Below are positions 13,299 to 26,117 of a stretch of 64,000 nt of DNA, piece after piece. Both the position numbers and the translations under genes were made by a program. The first letter of the stretch is position 1. The number at the start of each line of letters is the position of its first letter. The notes under the pieces were generated by a model. That model saw nothing but the letters and a program-made list of their open reading frames with translations, was not told where the DNA came from and ran no database searches. Source of the stretch: Octopus sinensis (taxonomy: Eukaryota); NCBI RefSeq assembly GCF_006345805.1, contig NC_043000.1:95480001-95544000 (forward strand), written 5' to 3'.

Positions 13299-13389
13299 TT
13301 TCATTCTACACGTGTTTCGAAAGGCACAAAATACCAAAATCCGATTGATAATGGGACCATATTGTGTCTTTCTCTTCAGGAAGAAAAAA
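13299..13389 (-). ncRNA. Type I hammerhead ribozyme (left arm of palindrome)
   Basis: Reverse complement: UUUUCUUC-CUGAAGA-GAAAGACAC...GUGCCUUUC-GAAAC-ACGUGUA/GAAUGAAA. Confidence 0.82.
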
Positions 13390-14904
13390 GGAAATCCGTT
13401 GGAAAAACAAAAACAGACAGAGGCAGAGCAAAAAACAAATCGAACTGTGCTCCTAAGAGCCCATGGCGAAACTGTTTATCAGTGTATGTTGAGAACCGGT
13501 GGCTGAAGAATTCAACAGGTCAGGCATCGGTCAAACATGTGGGTGAGGGTGTATAGACGTTCTTTGTGACCGAGAATAAAGTTCTGACTATTTAAAGAAT
13601 ATTGGATGTTTTATAAGGGGCGAGAAAAATCTACTTAGAGACGTGTGTGTGTGTATACTGTTCTATATATGTGTGTGTTGGCGTAGGGGTAGAAAACATT
13701 TTTTGTGTACGTGTGTGCGTTTGATCGTTCGGCTGTCAGTGGCTACTGCCGTGATAACCGTTGGGTGGCAGAAAGAAAAAAAATAAAGAATTAATATATA
13801 TATTTTATGTTTTATGTGTGTGTGTGTGTGTTCATCTAAGCCTACCTTGACAAGGAAACCCCCCGCTGTGAAAAACAAGCCCCGTTTTGCTTACAGGAGT
13901 AATTTCCCTTGCAGTGGTTAATTGTAGATATCTTAAAATCTATTTCAGAATTTGTTACCAAGGGCTATGGGTGCCGGTCTTATTTATAAACGCTATTTAA
14001 AGGCCAGATAAGTGTAACGCCGCCAATGGGGCATCGAAAAGCCGACTGTAAGAGCCCGTTTACCATCGGGCCTCTGGCAAACAAAATATGGAAGAGTTCG
14101 GAGACACAAAGGTTGCACTGTCTTCTGCCCCTATCAAATGGGAGGGCCACCGACAAAATTGACCATTCCACAGCCTATAGCTTAAGTTCGCATCCTTCAG
14201 TCGCCATATTTGCCAGAGGCCGATGGTAAACGGGCTCTTACAGTCGGCTTTTCGATGCCCCCATTGGCGGCGTTACACTTATCTGGCCTTTAAATAGCGT
14301 TTATAAATAAGACCGGCACCCATAGCCCTTGGTAACAAATTCTGAAATAGATTTTAAGATATCTACAATTAACCACTGCAAGGGAAATTACTCCTGTAAG
14401 ACAAACGGGGCTTGTTTTTTCACAGCGGGGGGTTTCCTTGTCAAGGTAGGCTAGATGAACACACACACACCACATAAAACATAAAATATATATATATAAT
14501 TTCTTTTTTTTTTTTCTTTCTGCCACCCAACGGTTATCACGGCAGTAGCCACTGACAGCGAACGATCAAACGCACACACGTACACAAAAAATGTTTTCTC
14601 CCCTACCCCTACGCCCACACACATATATAGAACAGTATACACACACACACGTCTCTAATAGATTTTTTCTCGCCCCTTATAAACAATCCAATATCTTTAA
14701 ATAGTCAGAACTTTATTCTCGGTCACAAAGAACGTCTATACACCCTCACCCACATGTTTGACCGATGCCTGACCTGTTGAATTCTTCAGCCACCGGTTCT
14801 CAACATACACTGATAAACAGTTTCGCCATGGGCTCTTAGGAGCACAGTTCGATTTGTTTTTTGCTCTGCCTCTGTTCTGTTTTTGTTTTTCCAACGGATT
14901 TCCT

Positions 14905-14996
14905 TTTTTCTTCCTGAAGAGAAAGACACAATATGGTCCATTATTCAATCGGATTTTGGTAATTTGGTGCCTTTCGAAACACGTGTAGAATGAAAT
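14905..14996 (+). ncRNA. Type I hammerhead ribozyme (right arm of palindrome)
   Basis: CTGAAGA at 14914-14920, stem II 8 of 9 bp paired, GAAAC at 14976-14980, palindromic ACACGUGU, GUA site cut after 14987. Confidence 0.82.
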
Positions 14997-15061
14997 AAAA
15001 CGATTTCTGTTCAATCTGCGTTCAGCTCCATTTCTTCAATTCACCAATAATGTTTTTATAT

Positions 15062-15103
<42 letters not shown>

Positions 15104-15124
15104 CAAAGTGTACGTACGCCGCAA

Positions 15125-15460
15125 TATGTATATAAAAAGGAATACAAAAAATGGGACAAGAACGCGAAACATTCAGACAGCTAGATGATACAAAAAAGGC
15201 ACAAGAAAAAACACGGACGGGTCATTCGAAGTTTTCTTTCCTCAGTCGAGTTCCAGATTATCTTTGCAATTTCGGCTGGCTATGTCCCGTTATTTGCATT
15301 TGTATTTGTGTACCATTTCTCTGGGGGTTTTTTTCGTCCTTGTTTTCGTATACATTCGCTGCTTTCTTCCAAGGAATCTAGTACTCTTAGCTTAATTTTT
15401 CCTTGGGACTGGCCAGATTAGAGCAATCTCGCGTATAACCAGCCGAAATTGCAAAGATGA
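15125..15460. mobile_element. Non-coding repeat with an inverted 5' segment (same family as 33610-33945)
   Basis: 15125-15285 is the reverse complement of the 3' part of the 33610 copy; 15290-15460 matches its 5' part directly. Confidence 0.75.
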
Positions 15461-15601
15461 TTAAAGCATCTGTTTCTTCTTTTGTGTGTCTTGGTATAAT
15501 GTTAAAGAGAGGAGGGCCAGTTGGGGTGAAATACTTCTGTCTTATTGTTAATGTTGTGATGCGACGAGAACATGACTTTTGTAGAGAACGGATAGCATGG
15601 A

Positions 15602-15655
<54 letters not shown>

Positions 15656-16289
15656 AACTGGCACTCTGTCGGTTATGACAACGTGAGTTCCAGTTGATCC
15701 GATCAACATGTATTTGTAAACAGTAGCGTCGTTGGCTATAGGCAACCCACAGGCCAATCAGTGGTTCGCCTTTTGACTGTTGGATTCCAAACAGACTAGA
15801 TTAATTGTAGAATGTTTCTCTACTAAGCAGATTTTTGTAATCATAAATACTTTATCAATACGATAAGGTTGGTGAGATTTTCTCTAGTAATGTGTCTAAT
15901 GTAACAGTCAGCAGTTTAGTTTGGCATTGTTATATGCGACTGAATAAAGAGAACTGGCCTAAAGTTCGTATGTGCCGATTGACTAACGGGAATATTCTTC
16001 TTGTATGGAATTAAAGCATGAATACTTGTATTAACCATTCAAACATATACAAAACTTGTAAATTCACTTAAACATTCATTATTTGTTGTCCAAAATTTCG
16101 TTGTCCTCACTGCAGTGACATGTTAAATTCTTTACTGTTCACGGCAAATTTAATTGGTCAAGCTCTTCTGCAGACTCTACTGCAGACAAATTATTACTGA
16201 CACAAAGTACCATCTCTTCCCTTGAATTCCAGAAACCAAGAAGCAAAAAACTTATGCCAAGACTACACTTGGTAAAGCAATGACAGTTT

Positions 16290-16600
16290 TCCTAGATTGA
16301 AACCAATATGGTCGTGTTCTTCCCTTCACCAAGGGATTAAATTTTGCCTATACGCATCCATTGACATTTCTACGGCATTGTATGAATGCGAAACATGGAG
16401 GCGGACGGACAGGATTTGCAATATGGTGCATGTTTTCCATCGCCGATGCCTTCCTGAAGATCAACTGACGTTACCACATCACAATCGATGAAATAATGAA
16501 AAGAGCTGGCCTTAGTAAACTGCAGGACACCATCACAGCTAGACGAGGAAAGCTTCTTGGCCATGTATTGCGCTTACCGTTGAAGAGATCAGCAACTTCA
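16290..16600 (+). mobile_element. RTE LINE C-terminal relic
   Basis: LYECETW...VFHRRCL...RRGKLLGHVLRLP. Confidence 0.65.
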
Positions 16601-16814
16601 AATTATTGTATGGCAACTTCAAATTAATTTACTAAAGTCCAACCAAAAGAACTAGAATGTTCTAATCTGGGAAATTCCATGAATACTTCTTTCAAAAATC
16701 TACATGTGATATGGTCAATTGGCAGATATTTCCAAATATTTCTATGCAATTAAGGCTTGATGCGGTATACAAGAATATTCTTGACACGATAACTTTCCGA
16801 AGTACAATCTTTTG

Positions 16815-17230
16815 AAGTTTCTAAACGCAACCGTGTAGTTTCGGCTTCAATCTCACTGCACGGCACCTTGGGCTAATGTTGACTGTCACAACCCTGGACT
16901 GCCCAGTGCCTTGTGAGTGAATTTGGTAGAAACAGTGTGGATGCCCAATGTGTGTGGGTGTGTGTATGTATGTGTATACATATGCATGTGTATACATATA
17001 TATATGCGTGTGTGTGTGTGTGTTGTGTGTGTGCGTGTGCGCGTGTATGTGTGCGCGTGTGTGTGCGTGTGCGCGCACGTCTTTGCTTGGTAACCCGTAT
17101 AGGTTTATTTACTGCTTGACAACCAGTATAGGTTTATTTACTGCTTGACAACCAGTATAGGTTTATTTACATCCCTACAACCTAAGAGTTTGGCAAATGA
17201 GACTGCGGAGGTAAGTACCCAACTTTATAA
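16815..17230 (+). mobile_element. Diverged SINE family A copy with an internal 29-bp tandem repeat
   Basis: SINE A core; two full units plus a partial third of tataggtttatttactgcttgacaaccag at ~17098-17170. Confidence 0.65.
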
Positions 17231-17560
17231 AAAGATTAAGGATTTGTTGGTACGTGGTACTTCGTTATGCAAAAACAATATACTATAAGGTATACCAAAT
17301 GTTTTCATAAGTCAGTACCACGTTCTATTGCGTCAGCAGTGCGCTTACATTATTTTGTTAAAGTTATTTCTTATTTCTTTACTGCCCGCAAGGGGCTACA
17401 CACAGAGGGGACAAACAAGGACAGACAAACGGATTAAGTCGATTATATCGACCCCAGTGAGTAACTGGTACTTATTTAATCGACCCCGAAAGGACGCCAT
17501 AGAAACCGGGAAACTGGGCCCATGAGCCTGGCTAGGCTTTAAAAGGGTGCATTTATTTGT

Positions 17561-17865
17561 GGAGGCGCAATGGCTCAGTGGTTAGGGCAGCGGACTCGCG
17601 GTCGGAGGATCGCAGTTTCGATTGCCAGACCGGGCGTTGTGTGTGTTTATTGAGCAAAAACACCTAAAAGCTCCACGAGGCTCCGGCAGGAGATGGTGGC
17701 GACCCCTGTTGTACTCTTTCGCTACAACTTCCTCTCACTCTCTCTTCCTGTTTTTTGAGTAACGCTGCGATTTGCCTGGCGTCCCGTCCAGCTGGGGGGG
17801 AACACATACGCCACACAAACCGGGAAACCAGGCCCATGAACCTAGCTAGGCTTGAAAAGCGCGAA
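17561..17865 (+). mobile_element. SINE family C head joined to a family D-like tail
   Basis: ggaggcgcaatggctcagtggttagggcagcggactcgcgg tRNA-like head; tail resembles 37750-37845. Confidence 0.75.
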
Positions 17866-17959
17866 AAAAAATGAATGCGTATGAGTACTGATGACTAAGA
17901 TGACTGGTCGACGGTTCATTTGTTGTCACTATGTAACACCGGAATTGAGGAGTACTGTA

Positions 17960-18190
17960 AAATCCCACTGATTTCAAGAAGGTTTCTAACAAGATTCACC
18001 AGAAGTCACTAGAACAGATTGTACAAGTTTATTGCATAACAGAAAAATGTATATCTTCAGATCCCTGTATTAGTTGCTGCATAAGAAGGATGTGCATCCC
18101 CCCAATACTCATGAGATCCTTGTATCAGTAGCTACATGAGAATACAAGATGGAGATGCAGTTATTTGACACTGTGGAATATGTATCTTTC
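17960..18190 (+). mobile_element. RTE RT relic related to 8580-8760
   Basis: Shared tgatttcaagaag...acaagattcacc...ttgtacaagtttat sequence. Confidence 0.6.
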
Positions 18191-19120
18191 CATTGCTTGT
18201 TTCTCTTGTTACCGCAGTCAGCTCTGCACACATGCGCACACGCACATACCCAAATATGCATTAGCTATAGAAATAGCAACTGCAGCTATAACCGGAACTT
18301 TAAAATTTCATCTCATGGACTGAGTTCATCTTTCGTATCAATTTGTGTCAAAAATGTGAAGCGATCTAACAAAATCGGCTTGACCTCTTCCATTGAACCA
18401 TTCTTCCGTGACGTGTGTGAGAGTCACCAACACAAATAATGAAATACCTAAGCTGTAAATCTCAAATATCTCCCTCTATCTATCTATCTATCTTTCTATC
18501 TATCTCTCTATTTCTCTCTTTATTTCTCTCTCTATTCTCTCTCTCCTTCTCTCTCTCGCTCTCTATTTCTCTCTCTCTCTCTCTCTTTCCTTCTCACACA
18601 CACACACATTCCAATTCCATGAAGGGAAATGCCTCCGGCTGGGAATCGAAACCGTATCCCCGATTGATATGATATTCATTCACCTTCTACTCTACGACTT
18701 TCAGTTACCATAGAGCCATAGGCAATTAGTGTTAAATGGCAATAGAGGATAACTCATAATTTAATTTAACACAGATATCTATATATATATTTATATATAT
18801 ATATATATATATAACAATCATCAATGTATATTTTCTTACATTTGTTGTTAAGGATATTTGCAGTTAAGTCAATATAAAAGAAACTAATGACTATTGGAGA
18901 GAAACACATAGCTTTAAGCTAAATTTTTGAAATTTCTATTACATGTGTCGAGTAGAAATCAATTGGTTTGATTCTTGTAGGTTTCTCGGTTCATGGACCT
19001 GGAAAATGCTATTCAAAATGCAGGTATTCTTCAGAGACTTCTTGCTTCGGGCAATGTTTTAAGCATTTTCTCTCTTGATGAGCAATGGGTCAGTGAGAGA
19101 GGAGGTGGGGTAGGGAGATA

Positions 19121-19124
19121 AGGA

Positions 19125-19184
<60 letters not shown>

Positions 19185-19200
19185 AAAGAAAAGAAAAGAA
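19121..19200. repeat. (GAAA)n microsatellite
   Basis: Direct observation. Confidence 0.95.
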
Positions 19201-19489
19201 TTGTGAATCACTTGTCAGAACCTTTCAAGCCCATCACATATGTTCGGTGAGAAAGGGTTGTCAGTTGTACTGACAGATCAAATTGAAACGGAAAAAAGAG
19301 AAGCAAAGACAATTGTTTGAATTTTAGCTATTGTGATAACACGAGTCTTTCGACGTGATTTCAGTATTGTTCAAGTGTAAACTTAACAAAATAAAGCGTA
19401 GTGAGTAAGATTCTGCGAAAGGGAGATAATTCTGTCAAGCATTTTTTAACTAAATAGCTGTTGCATCAGTGAAGAGTTATTACATCTAT

Positions 19490-19770
19490 ATTAAACACAC
19501 GCACTGGTTCTATTTCATTTTTTTATTAATCAACTTCTTACCCATTTAACTAATTAACTAATCAATTTTTTGAGTACTCGTTCAGTCAGTCAATTAGCTA
19601 GGTTTGTCAAAGTCCTTTCGTCGCCATTTACGACCTCATCAATGACTTGGCCTCTCTACTCCAGGTCTTCTTCAGAATATTTGGTTAAATGTTAAACTAG
19701 CTGACTAATGGTAAGAAAAGAAGTGAAATAGAAACAGTGCATGTGTTTATTATTGGCATAATGACCCTCC
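19490..19770. mobile_element. TIR-bounded interspersed repeat (second copy at 61310-61570, opposite orientation)
   Basis: taaacacacgcactggttctatttca / tgaaatagaaacagtgcatgtgttta inverted ends; the internal segment is the reverse complement of 61390-61440. Confidence 0.6.
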
Positions 19771-20438
19771 CAAAATATAACAAAATCTGTTTCAACATAC
19801 GAGTTCTCAAAAATCTTGCAAACAAAATACAAAATAATTAATACTTCCTTATAATGATACAAGATCAGAAATTTAGAGTGGCAGATTAATCGGTTAAATT
19901 GATCCAGTACTTGACTAATGCTTTATTTTATCGATCTAGAAATAATAAAATGCAAAGTTTTCCTCGACGGGATTTGAACTCAAAATGTTAAGAACTGGAA
20001 CAACTATTGCAAAGCATTTTGCCTTATTCTCTAACAATTCTGCGAATCCATTGAACCTTAAGTAGCAAAATATTCATTCCCTTCATTGATACATATGTTT
20101 TGGCGGAGAGAGATATAGCTGAGTAGCATAATTAAAATTGATATATGACTGGTAGTTAATTTCAGGAAGGAAAGTTAAAGATATGATCCATCCTGACGTG
20201 ATTTGAAATTAAAAACTGAAAAGAATATAAATAAGTACATATACATACTCACTGGGATTCGTTTCTCCCGCCTTTCTACTAAATATCAGATTTTCTTTTT
20301 TTTTTTTTAGATTCTATTCAATTCCATAAATTTATGGATGGTGGGGGAAAGGACATAGATAATTACATTGGCATCGACACATAATTGAGGGTAATCGTTA
20401 ATGAAAAAGAATTTAAAAAATTAGAGACGTAAGTTATA

Positions 20439-20512
<74 letters not shown>

Positions 20513-20516
20513 ATTA

Positions 20517-20565
<49 letters not shown>

Positions 20566-21812
20566 GTAAATCAGAAACTATTAATACGGAATCAAGACCA
20601 GAAATCCTTGCACAGATAATGACCGCATTAACCAAACTGAAACCAAAACGGAGAGATAGAAATATCCCAATGAGGAGCAAGGTAGACTCGTCTGTACAGT
20701 TACTTTCCATTTTCTCTCAAATGTGTGAGACATGAATTCACATTACAGAGATACAGAGAAAGATATAGGCACTGAAAATAATATTCTACCACAACATTTC
20801 AGGTATCTTGTACTTGGATCACATCATTTCGTCTTCGAAACCATACAGGTATCTCATAATTGGATCACATCATTTTGTCTGCGAGACCATCAAACATCAA
20901 ATTACCACCCAGCCCCACTTTCATGCAGGCTTTCTCACAACGGTGAAGAAAATAAATTTGAAATAGTAAGGCTACATGGCAAGATGACAAGATCCAGCAG
21001 CTTTGCAAAGGCTATTTTCCATCTAGTTGTGAAGGAGTAACGAAATAAAAAATTGAAGGAGGAAATGATGGACGGAAAGCATCAAGGGAAAGAGCAGAAA
21101 AACCATTATTAGAAGCATCAAACTTTGGCATGCACACAATGGTTAGAACTGGTTTGGAGCATGTTATAATGGCACAGCAACGACCTTACCATCAGAAATT
21201 GGGGAACTCGAGCAATGAGCATTCATGTTATTGACCCTGGTGTAATGAGAAACTAAATCAACTCTTGTTAGATTTTGAACTCGGTTGCAGACGAACATAA
21301 GTAAATGCAATTCAGAAACAATCGTTTTTGCTTCGCATTCAATCTCATTAGTTTTCTGTTTTGTTTTCTTTTTCCTTATTTTCAATTTTTCCTACAATGA
21401 TAGCATCAAAACAGCAAACTGAACTGTCTTATTTATTTCAAAGAAAAGCCAGTGAATAGATGAAACTTCATAGAACTGTAGCAAAAAAATTACATCGAAG
21501 GAATCTGGAGTTGAAATTCAATTTAAAGATTCCTGATCGAGATAAGAATTGTTTCTAAACATGATGAATACATTGGTGTGGTAATAATAGACAATGCTAT
21601 AGATTTATAGCAGAGAAAATGTGGAACCTTTTTTAGAAATAGTTAAGTTGTTAATTGTGTTCTTAGATATTGAACAAACCACCTAATCTTCCGCCTTCTC
21701 TCTCACAAGCCTCTCTCTCTCTCCCTATATATATATATATATATAATATATTATATATATAAATATATGTGTGTGTGTATACGTGTGGTGTATGTAAATT
21801 ATATATTATATA

Positions 21813-21850
<38 letters not shown>

Positions 21851-22589
21851 AGATAAATAAAAATATATGCATACATACAAACATATATGTACGTACCTAC
21901 ATCTACATGTATATATACATGCATATATAAATAATTATACGGAAGTACAGGACATCACAATAAGACGTAGAAACAGAAAAAGCCAAAAAAAAAAAAAGAA
22001 AACGGAAAACGAAACCAAATACAGGACAGGTTACACAAGGACAAAACCCCCGTCATCAGCTGTCGCTAGAGGAGTCAGGCATGTTTCGAAGGCATAACAG
22101 AACACTAATCCAATAGGCCTTCTCGCTGCGAGAGAATTAAAATAAAATTTCAAGCAGCGGGGCACAATGAGTACGAACACAAACAAGACGTAACAATAAG
22201 ACTGCAAAATTAAAATACATGTACAAAACAAACACAAGAGGACGAACGAAAAAGCCTTTTTTCTGGCATAGACAAACAATAAAACTGCAAAAATAAAAAT
22301 ACATGTACAAAAAGTACATTAGTTACAAAACGAGAAAATAACAAGAATACTATACAGGAAATAACCACACAAGGGGACGAACGAAGAAGCCTTTTTGCTG
22401 GCAAGGACGAAAGTGTAGTAGCAGCGCGTGGAGGCAGTCTTTTCAATAGTGGTAACCACGTGTAAAGGAATTTTGTTTTATAGACAAGGAAGAGGGAAGG
22501 AGGAGGGGGACACGCGGCGAAGAGAGAGGAGGAGGGGGAGGGAGAAAGATTGAAGAGGTTAAAGCAAAGGGAGAGAGTACCGCATCTTC

Positions 22590-22762
22590 AATATGTGTGT
22601 GTGTATGTATGTTTGTATGTATGTATGTATGTATGCATGCATGCATGCATGTATGTATGTATGTGTGTATGTGTGTATGTATGTATGTATGTATGTATGT
22701 ATGTATGTATGTATGTATGTATGTATGTATGTATGTATATGTATATGTATATGTATGTGTAT
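22590..22762. repeat. (TATG)n microsatellite
   Basis: Direct observation. Confidence 0.95.
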
Positions 22763-22765
22763 ATA

Positions 22766-23891
22766 TACAGACATTCAGGAAGTAAATAGACACATTTAAT
22801 TTTCAAAATTTCTGATCTAAGCGTCTTAATATGTTTTCAGCGGTGTAGGATTTACAATGTAATTATTCTTTTTCATTCCAAGTGCCATTATATTAAACAT
22901 TTGCGAAGATTAACCATGCCACGCACAAAAAAATTCGGCAGAACTGTCAGATTTTCAGAGGTCGTGTTGTTGAGCAATCTAAGGCTGGGCTTAGCCAGCG
23001 AAAAATTGCCGAAAATCTTCAAATTCCTCTTGCTACCGTTAGTAGAATTATAGGGCAATTCAAAAGCCAAAGAAAAGAATCAACAGATTCTCGTCAGGGC
23101 CGACCTGCACCGTCGGAAAGGATGCTTCGCTATTTGAAGAGAATTGTGGAAAACGAACCCCGTTCGAAGGCCTCTGACATTGCAAAACAACTAGAAGTTA
23201 GTCCAAGAACGTGTGTTACATATCTGCATAAGCTTGGGTATTGTGGACGAGCAGCTAGAAGAAAACTTCTTCAGACAATTAATATCATGAAAAGAAAGAA
23301 ATGGGTTAAGGGGATGTCAGAAAAATCCAGTTCATTTTGGTATAGAGTGATTTTCTCAGATGAATCCAGATTTGCATTATTTTCAGACAGTGGACGTGTT
23401 TGGGTCTGGAGGCTTCCCAGTCAAGAATTTGATTTGAAACGACTCCAGCTAACTATGAAACATGGCGGTATCTCTGTATTAGTATGGGGAGCTGTCACCA
23501 GCAATGGTAGTTCTGACCTGATCGAATGTGTTGGGACCATAAACTCTGAAAAATACATCGAAATACTTAAGCAAGGACTACTTCCGATGTATTCACACGA
23601 TAACATAACTAAAAATTAGTTTTTATCCATTAAACATGGGGCTCCATGCCACACAGCGAAAAGGAATAAACAATGGCTGACTGAAAATGGGATCAAAAAG
23701 CTTCATTGACCGAGCCAATCCCCTGACATGAACCCAATTAAAAATCTTTGGAGCATACTAGATAGAACTATACGAAAAACTCGACAGTGGCCTAAATCTA
23801 AAGATGAATTCAATGCCAAAAAGAGTTTCTGAATTAAAAACTGCAAAGGGAATGTCAACTAAATACTAAAGTATGTAGTCCTACCTATCGA
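22766..23891 (+). mobile_element. Tc1-family transposon, degenerate, 3' terminus displaced
   Basis: TA|CAGACATTCAGGAAGTAAATAGACAC 5' TIR; MPRTK start at ~22917; ORF 23122-23619 with VIFSDESRF; similarity to the 4031 copy stops at ctacctatc (~23890). Confidence 0.93.
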
Positions 23892-24053
23892 TTTGCCTTA
23901 CATCCTTTCGGAGTCGATAAATTAAGTACCAGTTGCGTACTGGGGTCGATCTAATCGACCAGCCCCCTCTCCCAAAATTCCGGGCCTTGTAGCTATGGAT
24001 TACACACACGTATATGTATATATGTATATATGTATATATATATATATATATAG

Positions 24054-24096
<43 letters not shown>

Positions 24097-24266
24097 ATAT
24101 ATATATATATATATAATATATATATATATAGATATATATAATATATATATATGTATGTATATGTATATATATATATATATATATGTATATGTTATATACA
24201 TTATATGTATATATATATATATATGTATATGTATATATACATATATATGTATATTATATATATTAT

Positions 24267-24297
<31 letters not shown>

Positions 24298-24318
24298 GTA
24301 TACATATATATATATATG

Positions 24319-24349
<31 letters not shown>

Positions 24350-24377
24350 GATATATATATATATATATATGTAGATG

Positions 24378-24434
<57 letters not shown>

Positions 24435-24809
24435 TATATATATATATATATATATATATGTATTATATACATATATATGTATATATTCAAAATTCGGACA
24501 GAACTTATAGCAAACATGCAATTCACCGATATCACAATTTACAAGGTTATTTTGTAAAATCTTTCTACGTTGAACCACAAACTTATTAGTAACTGAGTGG
24601 AAGATTTTTTTCTTGGTATTTCTCTTTCTTGTCGCTTTATTGCGACTTCATTCTCAACATAAAAACTTAATGATATAAATGCGCAAATACTAAGTACGAC
24701 AATATTGTTGCTAAATCACCAGAAAATTTGACAAAAGTAGCGCATGTAAAAATACGAAAGAGCAACAAAAACACTAACAAACAAGGATAAAAGATAAAAA
24801 ACAACGGCT

Positions 24810-24810
24810 G

Positions 24811-24843
<33 letters not shown>

Positions 24844-24878
24844 TAATAATAATATAATAATAATAAATAATAATAATA

Positions 24879-24939
<61 letters not shown>

Positions 24940-24949
24940 TAACAATAAC

Positions 24950-25004
<55 letters not shown>

Positions 25005-25010
25005 TAGTAA
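24810..25010. repeat. (AAT)n/(AAC)n microsatellite
   Basis: Direct observation. Confidence 0.95.
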
Positions 25011-25158
25011 TAGAGGACGTAAGTAACGACAAAAATCATATATATATATACATATATATATATATACATGTATATACATATATATACATATATTATATAT
25101 AACAGGTATATACATATATATACATGTATATACATATATATACATATATATATATATA

Positions 25159-25213
<55 letters not shown>

Positions 25214-25405
25214 TGCATCCATTAAAAGAGAAGAAAAAAAGGAGATAAGGAAGTTAATTGTTTATTATCAACAAATTGGTCATCTTTGCCTCTTACAGCC
25301 GTTTCAGTAAATACTTAATAATCTAATTACAAATTTGTACATTAAATTTATATTTATGTTACATGAATAGAATTTTATCAAGAAAAATAAACAATGTTGC
25401 TTTGA

Positions 25406-25504
<99 letters not shown>

Positions 25505-25505
25505 T

Positions 25506-25580
25506 ACACAGTCATGCAGGAAGTAAATAGATACATTTCATTTTCAAAATCTTTTATTTAATACGCAAAGCGAACAATTT
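25506..25580 (-). mobile_element. Tc1 3' terminus (TIR plus subterminal sequence), inverted relative to the 22766 copy
   Basis: cacagtcatgcaggaagtaaatagatacatttcattttcaaaatcttttatttaatacgcaaagcgaacaatt matches 4031-4102. Confidence 0.85.
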
Positions 25581-26060
25581 CTCTTTATACCCGTCTGATA
25601 AGGGTACACTAGGCACATACATCACAACCATATGTGCGCGACATGGTGATCCCATATCAAGATAAACAGCACATGATCTTGCACGTGGAGCCCAGTTAGA
25701 ATTTTCTTCTGGTCGAGTAGCCCATCCCGCTCAAAAGGTGCATGAATAAGAGTTGTTAAAGGATGTTGAACGAAACACCCATGTTTCCAAAGGTGAGCTA
25801 TCTAAACCCCAAAGAATTTCTTTCAACACATGATGCTCTCTCACTTCTGCTCGTGATCAGAGATACCCATATCGTCAGCCACTAACGGACTTACTCAACT
25901 GGTTATGGCCAAACAACTGACAAGCAAACCTGTGTTATTGAGCAGAATATTTGCTGTAGCCCGCCTCTTATAGCAAGTCAGAACAATGTACATGATAACA
26001 CTTCCAATCATGAGAGCCACTGCCTGGTACTACATCAGGGCATTTATAACAATAATAATA

Positions 26061-26113
<53 letters not shown>

Positions 26114-26117
<4 letters not shown>

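Larger units (their letters stand above)
13237..15056. repeat. ~1.8-kb fold-back palindrome (two ~850-bp inverted arms, ~112-bp spacer)
   Basis: 13237-14091 is the reverse complement of 14204-15056, differing mostly by small indels. Confidence 0.95.

Noticed and set aside
14092-14203. Palindrome spacer as a missed sequencing adapter
   Set aside because: It is 112 bp of complex sequence unlike a SMRTbell adapter. An artefact is not fully excluded without reads.
19594-19648. UUGAUGA-G-GUCG...CGAC-GAAAG motif on the minus strand
   Set aside because: U3.G8 without compensation, stem I not adjacent to the site, and the second copy at 61390 is more degenerate.
22040-22135. Hammerhead half-motifs (GAAACAUG and CUGAUGA) on the minus strand
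   Set aside because: The order would require a type II fold with a non-NUH site (GCC/UGC) and weak stem I; possibly a decayed copy, not supportable.
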